From an uncultured Alphaproteobacteria bacterium (GTDB lineage Bacteria > Pseudomonadota > Alphaproteobacteria > Rs-D84): DNA of 64,000 nucleotides. Position 1 is the stretch's first letter. Every line of letters begins with the position of its first letter. The notes beneath the pieces were generated by a model that saw only the letters and a program-made list of their open reading frames with translations, had not been told where the DNA came from and did not search any database. This document shows positions 52,413 through 61,813 of this stretch, one piece after another. A program made the translations under genes and the position numbers. The stretch lies in assembly GCA_944389535.1 (NCBI GenBank), contig CALXMS010000002.1, positions 129,041-193,040 of the forward strand, written 5' to 3'.

Positions 52413-52952
52413 ATGTGGGTAACGATTGCTGTCATTGCTGTTGTTTTGTTATATTTTATTGCTGTTTATAATGGATTGATATCCAGACAGAATCAGGCTA
52501 AGGAGGCTTGGTCGACCATAGATACTCAATTAAAGCGTCGTTATGACCTGATTCCTAATTTAATAGAAACGGTTCGTGGGGCTGCAAAACACGAGCGTGA
52601 AACATTACAATCCGTTGTTGCCGCCAGAGATGCTGCTATGAAGGCAAACGGTCCAGATAAAGCAGACGCAGAAAATCGTCTTACAGAAACGTTAAAAAGT
52701 ATATTTGCATTATCTGAAAATTATCCGACGTTACGTGCGAATGAAAATTTTTTAGAACTTCAGCGTGAATTAACAGATACGGAAACTAAGATTCAAGCGG
52801 CTCGTCAGTTTTATAATACTGTCGTTATGAGTCTTAATACTCAGATAGAGCAATTCCCATCAAACATTGTTGCTCGTATGTTTAATATAAAGCAGGAAAA
52901 AATGTTTGAGATGGATGAGAAAGAAAAAGTTGCTCCGAAAGTAAAGTTTTAA
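52413..52952 (+). CDS. lemA: LemA-family protein
   Basis: N-terminal TM helix and a LemA domain. Confidence 0.75.
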   Translation: MWVTIAVIAVVLLYFIAVYNGLISRQNQAKEAWSTIDTQLKRRYDLIPNLIETVRGAAKHERETLQSVVAARDAAMKANGPDKADAENRLTETLKSIFALSENYPTLRANENFLELQRELTDTETKIQAARQFYNTVVMSLNTQIEQFPSNIVARMFNIKQEKMFEMDEKEKVAPKVKF

Positions 52953-52980
52953 AAAAAGTCCCGCTTAGGCGGGTTTTTTC
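52953..52980 (+). terminator. Rho-independent terminator (CCCGC-TTAG-GCGGG plus T6)
   Basis: Hairpin immediately after the stop. Confidence 0.65.
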
Positions 52981-53123
52981 TTGATTTTTGTATAAAAACA
53001 GTATAAACTGAACCCCGCTGGATAACCAGAACTGAATAAGCAATATGTATTTTGGTCATATTGTCGATAAGGATTCTGTGAAGTGTCTGGCACCTAAAAA
53101 ACCAAAATAAAAAGGATAAAATT

Positions 53124-53756
53124 ATGGCAAGAGCAGGCGCAAAGCGCAGCACAAGAAAGTTGAAAATAGGCCGCAGTTTAGGCGTAAACTTGTGGGGTCA
53201 GGCGAAATCGCCATTTAACAAACGCAAATATAAACCGGGTCAGCATGGGCCAACGTCTCGTGGTGGTAATTCATCTGATTATGCAAAACAGATGCGTGCG
53301 AAGCAGACGCTGAAAGGCTATTATGGTAACATCGGTGAAAAGAAATTCCGTGCATATTATTTGGAAGCGGTAAACATGAAAGGTGATACACCAGATAATT
53401 TAATCGGTTTGTTGGAACGCCGTTTAGACGCTGTTGTATATCGTTCTAAGTTGGCACCTACGGTTTTTTCTGCACGTCAGTTGGTCAGCCATGGTCATGT
53501 TTATGTAAACGGTAAGCGTGTTAAAATTGCATCATATCAAGTAAAACCTGGTGATGTCATTACCGTAAGCGAGAAAGCAAAACAGATGCCATTGGTTGTC
53601 TTGGCGTTGGAATCTGCAGAACGTACATGGCCTGATTATATCAATGTGGACAGTGCGAATTTTACCGCAACATACACACGTGTTCCGGCATTTGCAGATG
53701 TTCCATACCCTGTACAGATGTTCCCAGAATTGGTTGTTGAATTCTATTCTCGTTAA
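53124..53756 (+). CDS. rpsD: 30S ribosomal protein S4
   Basis: 210 aa; '[14 protein letters not shown]...' and an S4 domain. Confidence 0.95.
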   Translation: MARAGAKRSTRKLKIGRSLGVNLWGQAKSPFNKRKYKPGQHGPTSRGGNSSDYAKQMRAKQTLKGYYGNIGEKKFRAYYLEAVNMKGDTPDNLIGLLERRLDAVVYRSKLAPTVFSARQLVSHGHVYVNGKRVKIASYQVKPGDVITVSEKAKQMPLVVLALESAERTWPDYINVDSANFTATYTRVPAFADVPYPVQMFPELVVEFYSR

Positions 53757-53773
53757 GTTAAACGTGAAAGGAA

Positions 53774-53806
53774 CGAATCCCGCCAATTCGGCGGGATTTC
53801 TTTATG
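53774..53806 (+). terminator. Rho-independent terminator (AATCCCGCC-AATTC-GGCGGGATT plus T-rich tail)
   Basis: Perfect 9-bp stem. Confidence 0.7.
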
Positions 53807-53980
53807 GTTGATTTTCGGTTTTATATAAATATACTAAAATAAAAATGATTGAAATGTATTCTTATTTTGATTTTGTTATTTATTGGCGCCGTTAAGGGGC
53901 CTGAGTTTATATTGTCGTATAATTTTTATGCTTTCATTTTGTAAACAAACATTTTATCATTAGAAAATAAGGATTTTATT

Positions 53981-54976
53981 ATGAATAAAGAAATTGTTCT
54001 TACCGGTATAAAACCGACTGGTACGCCGCATTTGGGGAATTATGTCGGGGCTTTGAAACCTTTGATTGAACAATCAAGGAATCACAAAACTTATATATTT
54101 ATAGCAGATTTACATGCTTTAAATATAATAAAAGACCCACAAGAGATTAAAAGGCATACTTACGAAATTGCTGCGATAATGATGTCTTTGGGCTTAGACG
54201 TTAACAACTCGGTTTTATTTAAACAATCTGATATTGTACAAGTTTATCAACTGGCTACTTTATTAATGAATGTTACGCCAAAAGGGCTTATGAATAGGGC
54301 GCATTCGTATAAGGCGGCAATTGATAAAAATATTGCAGCCGGTTTGGATGAAGATGCCGGTATTAATATGGGGTTATATACGTATCCGATATTAATGGCA
54401 GCAGATATTTTACTATACGATACAGACGTGGTACCAGTTGGTGCTGATCAGAAGCAGCATGTTGAATTTGCGCGTGATATCGCGGGATATTTTAATCATA
54501 TTTATGGAAAAACGTTTAAATTACCGGAATCTATAATTGGCGAAAGCACGGGTATAATTCCCGGACTAGACGGGCGTAAGATGAGTAAATCTTATGATAA
54601 CATAATACCTTTGTTGGCACCAGAGGCAGAATTAAAAAAGAAAATTATGCGTATAATTACGGATAGTAAGTTACCGGAAGAATCTAAAGATCCCGACACA
54701 TCAACTATATTTCAATTGTATAAACATTTTGCCTCTGATGTAGAAATTGAAGAATTCCGGCAACAGTTTTTATCTGGTGGAATGGGGTATGGTACTGCGA
54801 AAACGATATTGTTTGACAAGATAAATTCTGTATTATCTAAACCTCGTGCAGAATATGAAAGATTAATGATGAATCCTTCAGAAATAGATAAAGTTTTAGA
54901 AACTGGTGCACAGAAGGCGCGTATTGTTGCCGAAAAAACGCTTGCGCGTGTTATGAAGGTAATGTTGGGAAAATAA
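53981..54976 (+). CDS. trpS: Tryptophan--tRNA ligase
   Basis: HIGH-type 'PTGTPHLGNY' and 'KMSKS'. Confidence 0.9.
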   Translation: MNKEIVLTGIKPTGTPHLGNYVGALKPLIEQSRNHKTYIFIADLHALNIIKDPQEIKRHTYEIAAIMMSLGLDVNNSVLFKQSDIVQVYQLATLLMNVTPKGLMNRAHSYKAAIDKNIAAGLDEDAGINMGLYTYPILMAADILLYDTDVVPVGADQKQHVEFARDIAGYFNHIYGKTFKLPESIIGESTGIIPGLDGRKMSKSYDNIIPLLAPEAELKKKIMRIITDSKLPEESKDPDTSTIFQLYKHFASDVEIEEFRQQFLSGGMGYGTAKTILFDKINSVLSKPRAEYERLMMNPSEIDKVLETGAQKARIVAEKTLARVMKVMLGK

Positions 54977-54996
54977 TATAAGGGAAAGGATAAGTT

Positions 54997-55740
54997 ATGA
55001 AGAAAGCATTAATTTGGTCGGGCAGTGTAATAGGCGCTGGGGCATTGTTAGCACTGTTGTTTGTTTGGTTAGATAAACCTGTACCTCCACGCATAATTTC
55101 TGTTGACGGTCAATGTTTAACATCTGTACCAAAGGACAGAACTGCGATCACGTTACGGGTAACGATATTGGATAAAAACGCTGCTGTATCAATGCAACGT
55201 GCAACTGAAAAAATCGCAGAAATTACGGAGTATTTAAAGACTCAAAACGTTCAGATGCAGACAACGGATTTTAATTCTTATGAAAAAAGCGAGTGGAATC
55301 GAGAACAGGAAAAGTCTGTTGTGCTGGGGACAGAAACAACTATAGCGGTAGAAGTATCGACAGATAATATAAAAACGATTGAAAACATATTAACTAAGTT
55401 TGCTGGGCAAGAGAATGTATATTCTGAAAATTTGCGTATGTATACTAGTGCAGAAGCAATGCAACCTGTTTTAGAAGATTGTTTAGAAACTGCGGTTAAA
55501 AACGCTAGAGAACGTGCGAACGCTTTGGCGGCAGGTGACGGTCGCAGGGCAGGTAAAATGCTTAGCGTTTCATATAACGTTGGCAGTTCATCTTCTGTTC
55601 AGCCACGTGCATCAAACTTTCTAGCAACCAGCGCAAAGATGACGGTTGCAGACGTAGAAACTTTTAGTGCGGCCGGCAGTATTGTAACAAAAGATACAGA
55701 AGTTTCTGTAAGCGTTTCCGCAACGTTTGAAATCAAATAA
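54997..55740 (+). CDS. SIMPL-domain (DUF541) periplasmic protein
   Basis: 247 aa; N-terminal TM/signal anchor; resembles the SIMPL/26-kDa periplasmic immunogenic protein family. Confidence 0.65.
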   Translation: MKKALIWSGSVIGAGALLALLFVWLDKPVPPRIISVDGQCLTSVPKDRTAITLRVTILDKNAAVSMQRATEKIAEITEYLKTQNVQMQTTDFNSYEKSEWNREQEKSVVLGTETTIAVEVSTDNIKTIENILTKFAGQENVYSENLRMYTSAEAMQPVLEDCLETAVKNARERANALAAGDGRRAGKMLSVSYNVGSSSSVQPRASNFLATSAKMTVADVETFSAAGSIVTKDTEVSVSVSATFEIK

Positions 55741-55745
55741 AGATA

Positions 55746-56666
55746 ATGGAAGAAAAGGTTGCAGATTTTATTAAGTATTTAACGCAGACGAGAAATTATT
55801 CTGCCCATACGGCGACTGCGTATGAGGCAGATATACATGATTTTATCAAATTTTATGAAAATTTTAATGGCGGTAATGTTTCTTTGTCCGATTTTGCGCG
55901 TGCAGATACCATATGTTTTCGGTCGTGGTTAGCGGATAGACAGCGTAGAGATTTAGCCCATAAGTCGACAGCGCGTGCGCTGTCTTCATTACGTGGTTTT
56001 TATAGGTTTTTGGCTAAACAATATGATATAAAAAATAATGCCATTGGATTAATATCTTCACCTAAGGTTCCGCGTAAATTATCTAAAGCCATTGAAGTCA
56101 GTGACGTAGAACACATGCATGAGGCAATTAAAGTAATAGATGAAGAAGAACCATGGATTGCCGCACGGGATTGGGCATTAGTAGTGTTAATTTTTGGATG
56201 TGGTTTACGTATATCTGAGGCTTTATCATTAAAAAATATGGACGTACGCGGAAGACCGGATTCACTACGAATATTAGGTAAAGGATCAAAAGAAAGAATA
56301 GTGCCTATATTACCGGCAGTTTTAGATGCGATAGAAAAATACGTTCAATTACGTCCTTTTGGTGCAGGGGCAACAGAACCGCTTTTTCGCAGCGTACGCG
56401 GTTTACCCATGTCTTCACGTATGGCGGAAAAAGTTGTAGAAAAGTTGCGGCATTATTTACAATTACCTGATTATGTAACACCGCATGCATTGCGTCATAC
56501 TTTTGCGACGGCTTTGCTGGCTGGTGGAGCAGACTTACGTAGTTTGCAGGAATTATTAGGTCATTCATCTTTATCCACCACGCAATTATATACAAAAGTA
56601 AATATGTCAGAAATAATGAATATATATGAACACACTCATCCGCGTGCAATATCGCATGAAGAATGA
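55746..56666 (+). CDS. xerD: Tyrosine site-specific recombinase XerC/XerD family
   Basis: 'LRHTFATALLAGGADLRSLQELLGHSSLSTTQLYTKV' with the R...HxxR...Y catalytic pattern. Confidence 0.85.
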   Translation: MEEKVADFIKYLTQTRNYSAHTATAYEADIHDFIKFYENFNGGNVSLSDFARADTICFRSWLADRQRRDLAHKSTARALSSLRGFYRFLAKQYDIKNNAIGLISSPKVPRKLSKAIEVSDVEHMHEAIKVIDEEEPWIAARDWALVVLIFGCGLRISEALSLKNMDVRGRPDSLRILGKGSKERIVPILPAVLDAIEKYVQLRPFGAGATEPLFRSVRGLPMSSRMAEKVVEKLRHYLQLPDYVTPHALRHTFATALLAGGADLRSLQELLGHSSLSTTQLYTKVNMSEIMNIYEHTHPRAISHEE

Positions 56667-56744
56667 TATTAAATAATTTTATTCTTTACTTATATTACTA
56701 TATTGAATACAATCAACATGTTAAACAAATAAAAGGAAGGAAAA

Positions 56745-57227
56745 ATGCCAACAAAACCAGTAAAAAAAGTTACTTCTAAAAAAACAGTGACGAAAAAAGC
56801 CGCTGTAAAAAAGACTGTAAAAGCTGCAGCAGCGCAAGAAAGCGTTAAGCAGGCACCAATGGCAGAAGAAAAAATTTGCAAATGTGGACCAGATTGTAAA
56901 TGTGCACATCATGGTTCAAGATGTGCACGTTTTATGCTAAAATTAATAATTGTATTAATCGTTTTTGCTTTGGGTTTTGCAGCAGCAAAATTTGTTGATG
57001 CTAATCGCGGTTTTCGTGGCCCACGTGTAGATTTTTATAATGGGTGTCTTGACGTGGCGTCTGTAGATTGCCCGAAATTGCAGGCTGTTTTGCCAATGAT
57101 GGATATCAATCATGATGGCTGTATTACACATGAAGAATATCGTGCTGTAAATAAAGAACTTGAACGTCAAATGCGCGCAGGGGATGGTATGCGTGATTCG
57201 CGTGGGGCAATGAGACGCGGTGCTTAA
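56745..57227 (+). CDS. Hypothetical composite protein: Lys/Ala-rich histone-like N-terminus, CKCGPDCKC Cys cluster, TM helix, EF-hand Ca-binding loop
   Basis: AAGGAAGG RBS. 'DINHDGCITHEE' matches the EF-hand consensus DxNxDGxIxxxE. Confidence 0.55.
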   Translation: MPTKPVKKVTSKKTVTKKAAVKKTVKAAAAQESVKQAPMAEEKICKCGPDCKCAHHGSRCARFMLKLIIVLIVFALGFAAAKFVDANRGFRGPRVDFYNGCLDVASVDCPKLQAVLPMMDINHDGCITHEEYRAVNKELERQMRAGDGMRDSRGAMRRGA

Positions 57228-57243
57228 TATAAACGCGTTTTGA

Positions 57244-57277
57244 TAAAAAAGCACGATTATATAATCGTGCTTTTTTA
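57244..57277. terminator. Bidirectional terminator (GCACGATTAT/ATAATCGTGC perfect palindrome) flanked by A6 and T6
   Basis: 10-bp perfect inverted repeat between convergent genes. Confidence 0.7.
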
Positions 57278-57679
57278 ATTTACAACATGATATATGGTAT
57301 CGTTTATTTTTATATTAACGGAATTACTGGCAGAACCTGATGCAAGATTCCCATAACAAATGGTATCATTATATTTGACATGCAGGGCAGGTGAGGTTGA
57401 CTTGTTTTGATAAAGATTGAATTGTAATCCAGAAGAAGTCTTAATATACTGAAATCCTGTTGAACATAAAGCATTAAACACGGCACATATAGCAGAGGTG
57501 CTATTAGACGAACAATTATAATAATCTCCGATATCAACATAATCTGCTGGGCAAGACGAAGAGTCTATAATTTCTGCTTGGTCTGGTATGTTTAATTCAA
57601 TGTAACCAGACGGGCAAGATTCTGCCCCACTTGCAATAATTGGTATAAGAAAAATAGAAATAGTGATTATTAACTTCAT
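57275..57679 (-). CDS. Hypothetical secreted Cys-containing protein
   Basis: 134 aa with a signal peptide; start overlaps the stop of the upstream gene. Confidence 0.5.
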   Translation of the reverse strand: MKLIITISIFLIPIIASGAESCPSGYIELNIPDQAEIIDSSSCPADYVDIGDYYNCSSNSTSAICAVFNALCSTGFQYIKTSSGLQFNLYQNKSTSPALHVKYNDTICYGNLASGSASNSVNIKINDTIYHVVN

Positions 57680-58149
57680 TAGTTTACTCCACCACTTCCT
57701 CCTAGGTTAAATGTTTGAGATGGAATAGGATTTGATCCATTTAATATTTGCATCAATGTTTGGTATAAATTTCCCGAAGATATATTATTATGTAATATGA
57801 GATAAAGAGCTCTTGAACAAGGCCCAACAGAGACACATCCACCTATCATGTATGATATATACAGCCAGTTTGTAGTTTTAGGCGAAATCATTTTTATCCA
57901 ACAGTAATTACCGCCTGGCCATATCGGTTCTAAAGAGTCTTTTATTTCCCCATTAGATCCACTTGAGGAAGAGCAAGCCTGAACAAAATGGAATGTTGTA
58001 CTTCCACAAGTTATGATTGTATCCGCGTCCCCTTGTTGGGTAATTGTACAAGTTGGGTTTGATTCTTGTTTCAGACACATTTTTGCTGGGAATGCAGGTC
58101 TTATAAATATCATTGTACACAATAAGCAAGACCATATAATTCGTTTCAT
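57679..58149 (-). CDS. Hypothetical secreted Cys-rich protein
   Basis: Signal peptide 'MKRIIWSCLLCTMIF'; tandem with the downstream secreted protein. Confidence 0.5.
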   Translation of the reverse strand: MKRIIWSCLLCTMIFIRPAFPAKMCLKQESNPTCTITQQGDADTIITCGSTTFHFVQACSSSSGSNGEIKDSLEPIWPGGNYCWIKMISPKTTNWLYISYMIGGCVSVGPCSRALYLILHNNISSGNLYQTLMQILNGSNPIPSQTFNLGGSGGVN

Positions 58150-58199
58150 AGTATTGTCCTTTACTCTTCGCATATCAAAAAACCGCCGGCGTTAAAGTC

Positions 58200-58410
58200 A
58201 AAGGCGGTTGGAGGTTCTAAACTATATACTACGAAATAGCGTGGTTTATTCTTTTATATCACCACCCTCCAACCAACGTAGTTGGAGTTATTTTTCGTCA
58301 TTTCAGACGCGTAGCATACAGGTTTAGATGCCTGACACAGAAACACTCTGTGTTGCTTAATAATTTATCACGAAACATAGTTTATTACAAGTAAAATTTG
58401 GGTATGAAAT
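58200..58410 (-). ncRNA. ssrA: Candidate structured ncRNA, possibly (permuted) tmRNA ssrA, immediately downstream of smpB
   Basis: Nested long-range stems (GGTTGGAGG 58207-58215 with CCTCCAACC 58266-58274; GTGGT/ACCAC; CTCCAAC-N7-GTTGGAG at 58268-58288). Followed by a terminator-like GC hairpin at 58181-58215. No ORF. The position next to smpB supports ssrA, but no tag reading frame or T-arm was confidently identified. Confidence 0.25.
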
Positions 58411-58416
58411 TCTAGG

Positions 58417-58887
58417 TTATTTACCCTTTAATATGCGTGCTTTGCTTTTTGCCCATTCGCGTTGTTTTATGGTTTCACGCTTATCAACTTTATTTTTACC
58501 GTATCCGATTCCAAGTAACACTTTTAGGCGCCCACGGTTATTAAAGTATAGTTTTAGTGGCACAATAGTTGCACCTTTTTCTTGCAATTTTCCAATTAGA
58601 CGATTTATTTGTGCACGATGTAATAATAATTGGCGGGGTCTGCGCTCATCAAAGTTTACTATACGTGCAGCTGTTGGAAGTTTCTGAATTTCTATACCCG
58701 CCAGATATAAATCACGACCGCGACGCTGAACAAAGCCGTCTACTATTGTTACAAGACCGTATCTTATAGATTTTATTTCCGCACCAGTTAATGAAATCCC
58801 GGCCTCTATCGTGTCTTCAATAGAGTAACTATACCGTGCTTTACGGTTTTCAGAAACCTGACCAGATTTTATTATTTGTCTTACCAT
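58417..58887 (-). CDS. smpB: SsrA-binding protein SmpB
   Basis: 156 aa; 'GISLTGAEIKSIR' and a basic C-terminal tail. Confidence 0.9.
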   Translation of the reverse strand: MVRQIIKSGQVSENRKARYSYSIEDTIEAGISLTGAEIKSIRYGLVTIVDGFVQRRGRDLYLAGIEIQKLPTAARIVNFDERRPRQLLLHRAQINRLIGKLQEKGATIVPLKLYFNNRGRLKVLLGIGYGKNKVDKRETIKQREWAKSKARILKGK

Positions 58888-58927
58888 AACTATATTATTT
58901 TACACTTGCATACAGAAAATTGCAAAT

Positions 58928-59698
58928 TTAATGGGGGTAATTTTTTATAACCATTTTTGGGTATAGCTTGTATGTATTTTGCAGTAGTGTTTTTGCCATC
59001 TCTTCAATCGTAACGTTCTTTAAGCTTGCTAATACTTTTGCGGTTTCAACCACAAAGGCTGGTTCACATGTGTTACCACGATGTGGAACAGGTGCGCAAT
59101 ATGGTGAATCCGTTTCTATAACAAGCCTATCAAGTGGAATTTTAGAAAATGTTTCGCGAATGTCGAACGCGTTTTTAAAAGTTAAAATACCGCTTGCAGA
59201 GAAATAAAATCCGCGATCAAGCATAATTTTTGCTAGTTTCCATGAACTGGTAAAACAATGCATCACACCATGAATTTTACCTTGTAAAATATCCGCGGTA
59301 TCTTCTTCTGCATCACGAGAATGAATAGCCACAGGCAGGTCATATTTCTTAGCCAGTTCTAGTTGTTGTTCAAATAGTTTTATTTGCGCATTACGATTAT
59401 CACTACGTTCATGATAGTCTAAACCTATTTCACCGATTCCCACAACTTTTGGGTGCTGTATAACGTTTTCTGTTAAATACTGTAATGCGTTTACCCCGGC
59501 GTATTCTGGATGAATACCAGTTGTAACAAATATATTAGGATATCTGTCAGCAATCTGTATGGCATTTGTTATGTCTTCTGGATTTGCAGTAGGGCAAATG
59601 ATAGTATCTACGCCAGCATTATTGGCTCGCTTAATAACTTCGTTTAAATTACCTGAGACATAGTTGTCTGTTAAATGGCAATGGGTGTCTATAAACAT
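58928..59698 (-). CDS. tatD: TatD-family metal-dependent DNase/hydrolase
   Basis: 'MFIDTHCHL' and conserved His/Glu/Asp positions. Confidence 0.85.
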   Translation of the reverse strand: MFIDTHCHLTDNYVSGNLNEVIKRANNAGVDTIICPTANPEDITNAIQIADRYPNIFVTTGIHPEYAGVNALQYLTENVIQHPKVVGIGEIGLDYHERSDNRNAQIKLFEQQLELAKKYDLPVAIHSRDAEEDTADILQGKIHGVMHCFTSSWKLAKIMLDRGFYFSASGILTFKNAFDIRETFSKIPLDRLVIETDSPYCAPVPHRGNTCEPAFVVETAKVLASLKNVTIEEMAKTLLQNTYKLYPKMVIKNYPH

Positions 59699-60591
59699 TT
59701 TTTTATCTGCATAATTATTTTAAATAGACCAATTTCTGGTTCTAAATTTATTCTTGTAATATCTGCAATTGCATGCGTTGCCGAAGGGTATAAGTCTGCA
59801 AGATTAAACGCTGCAATGGCGTCCAGCAGTATACCATGTAATGCGGGATCGGGGGCAAGTTTTTTTGCTATCGTCATCATATCTATACTATTGCTGCGGG
59901 GATTTTTTAAGCACGAGATAAGTTCCTCATATATCTCGTCCCCGCCAGATTTTTTGAGGTTAGCAATTTTTCCAAAACTTCCATTTGCTAGTTTTAACAT
60001 CTCATCACTTACGTTTGTGTCTGGCATGAATGTTGTGCATAGTTCTCGTAATTGTAAGAGACTAAGAGGACGCATTTTCTCAACGCGTGCCCTAGATCTG
60101 ACTGTCGGCAAAACGTTTGCAAGCTGATGAACTATAAGTAAAAATAAAGTTTTTGCGGGTGGTTCTTCTAATAATTTTAACAAAGCGTTTGATGCCGCTG
60201 TATTTAACTCGTCAACGGAATCGATAAGTATTACTCGCCAATCACCAGACATTGAGTACATCTGCATTTTTTCAATCATTGCGCGCACAGTATAAACGGA
60301 TATATTTTTACCGTCTGGTTTTGGTTTTCCGTCTTTATCAATATTCCTTTCCATATCTATGATGAAGAAGTCGCCTACGTTACCGTATACCTGTTTTGCA
60401 ATTTTATATGCTAACGTAGCTTTGCCGATACCTTTTGGACCAGTTAGCATCCATACTGGATGAAGTGGGTGAACGTTACGAGCGTCCCACGCCATTAAAA
60501 AATCATTTAATATTTCTGCATGACCAATAAGAATATCATTATCTATTGGTTGCGGAAAATTATAAGAATTAGTTGATTTTTTAGATGCCAT
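59689..60591 (-). CDS. holB: DNA polymerase III delta' subunit
   Basis: 'LTGPKGIGKATLA' AAA+ P-loop variant, clamp-loader-like, 300 aa. Confidence 0.8.
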   Translation of the reverse strand: MASKKSTNSYNFPQPIDNDILIGHAEILNDFLMAWDARNVHPLHPVWMLTGPKGIGKATLAYKIAKQVYGNVGDFFIIDMERNIDKDGKPKPDGKNISVYTVRAMIEKMQMYSMSGDWRVILIDSVDELNTAASNALLKLLEEPPAKTLFLLIVHQLANVLPTVRSRARVEKMRPLSLLQLRELCTTFMPDTNVSDEMLKLANGSFGKIANLKKSGGDEIYEELISCLKNPRSNSIDMMTIAKKLAPDPALHGILLDAIAAFNLADLYPSATHAIADITRINLEPEIGLFKIIMQIKKCL

Positions 60592-61767
60592 TTAGTCAAT
60601 TCCAAATATTACACGTATATTTTTAATTACGCGACCAAATAACTGTGTCTTTTTAACTGTATCCATTGCAACTAATGGGGCTTTTGCTATGACCGTTCCA
60701 TCTTTTTGTGCGATAATTTCACCTATTTTGTCACCCTTTTTTACGGGTGCAGGGACGGGTTCATCATAGCGCGCTAAGACTCTGATACCATTTAAACCAT
60801 TTCCTTTTGGTACCGTAATTACGAACGGTTTTTCAACAGTTGCGATTACTTCTGGTTGACGACCATACCATACCGGTATAGAAGCAATTTTATCACCGGC
60901 GTTATAAAATGTGTGGTTCATTGTGCTGGAATACCCATATTCTAATAACTTTTTCATTTCTGCAGCCAAAGCATCATGGCTTTTCCCGTTAAAACCGTTT
61001 AGAACGCCTATTAAACGCCGTCCTCCAACTTTTGCGCTTGCGACCATTCCGTATCCACCGTCATCGGTATGACCTGTTTTCAAACCGTCGGCTCCAGGCA
61101 TTATGAATAACAATTTATTGTAATTCATAGTATGTGTTCGACCCCAGTCTTTACACCAATCGCTTTGATATTCATTGAACTCAAAACGTTTAGTAGCAAA
61201 TAATGGATATATGTCTGGATAGTCAGATATTATATGTTTTGCTAATATGGCCAGTTCGCGACTTGTCATTAAATTATTAGGATTGGGCAGACCGCTGGCA
61301 TTACCAAATGTTGATTGTTTCATCCCAAGTTCGCGGGCTTTTTTCTGCATTAATTCTGTAAATGCGGCTTCTGAACCGGCCAATTTTTCTGCGACTACTA
61401 CGCTGGCGTCACCACCAGATAAAACGATTAAGCCCATTATTGCATCACGGACGCTTATTGTTTGACCGGCGACCAAACATATTTTACTAGCTGGGTACCA
61501 TAACGGATCATTATAATCTGCATTTTCGCTGACTGGTAGCCTATCGTCCATTTTTAAATTACCGGTTTTAATTTCATCAAATAACACTGTCAAAGTCATC
61601 AACTTTATCATAGATGACGGCGGCATTAAAGTGTCGGCATTTTTAGTAACTATTTCTGCTCCAGAATCATAATCTATTAAAAAAGCTGATTTTGCACGTG
61701 TAGAAAACTCCGCATGTGCAGTTGTTGTTATCAATGATAATAACAGGATAAATATTTTCTTTTTCAT
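60592..61767 (-). CDS. dacA: D-alanyl-D-alanine carboxypeptidase (S11, PBP5/6-like) with signal peptide
   Basis: 'SMIKLMT' SxxK, 'SGGD' (SxN-like) and 'KTGHT' (KTG) motifs. Confidence 0.85.
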   Translation of the reverse strand: MKKKIFILLLSLITTTAHAEFSTRAKSAFLIDYDSGAEIVTKNADTLMPPSSMIKLMTLTVLFDEIKTGNLKMDDRLPVSENADYNDPLWYPASKICLVAGQTISVRDAIMGLIVLSGGDASVVVAEKLAGSEAAFTELMQKKARELGMKQSTFGNASGLPNPNNLMTSRELAILAKHIISDYPDIYPLFATKRFEFNEYQSDWCKDWGRTHTMNYNKLLFIMPGADGLKTGHTDDGGYGMVASAKVGGRRLIGVLNGFNGKSHDALAAEMKKLLEYGYSSTMNHTFYNAGDKIASIPVWYGRQPEVIATVEKPFVITVPKGNGLNGIRVLARYDEPVPAPVKKGDKIGEIIAQKDGTVIAKAPLVAMDTVKKTQLFGRVIKNIRVIFGID

Positions 61768-61813
61768 GGTAAGATGATATTAGCAACTATAAATCAAGTT
61801 GCCAATATATTTT

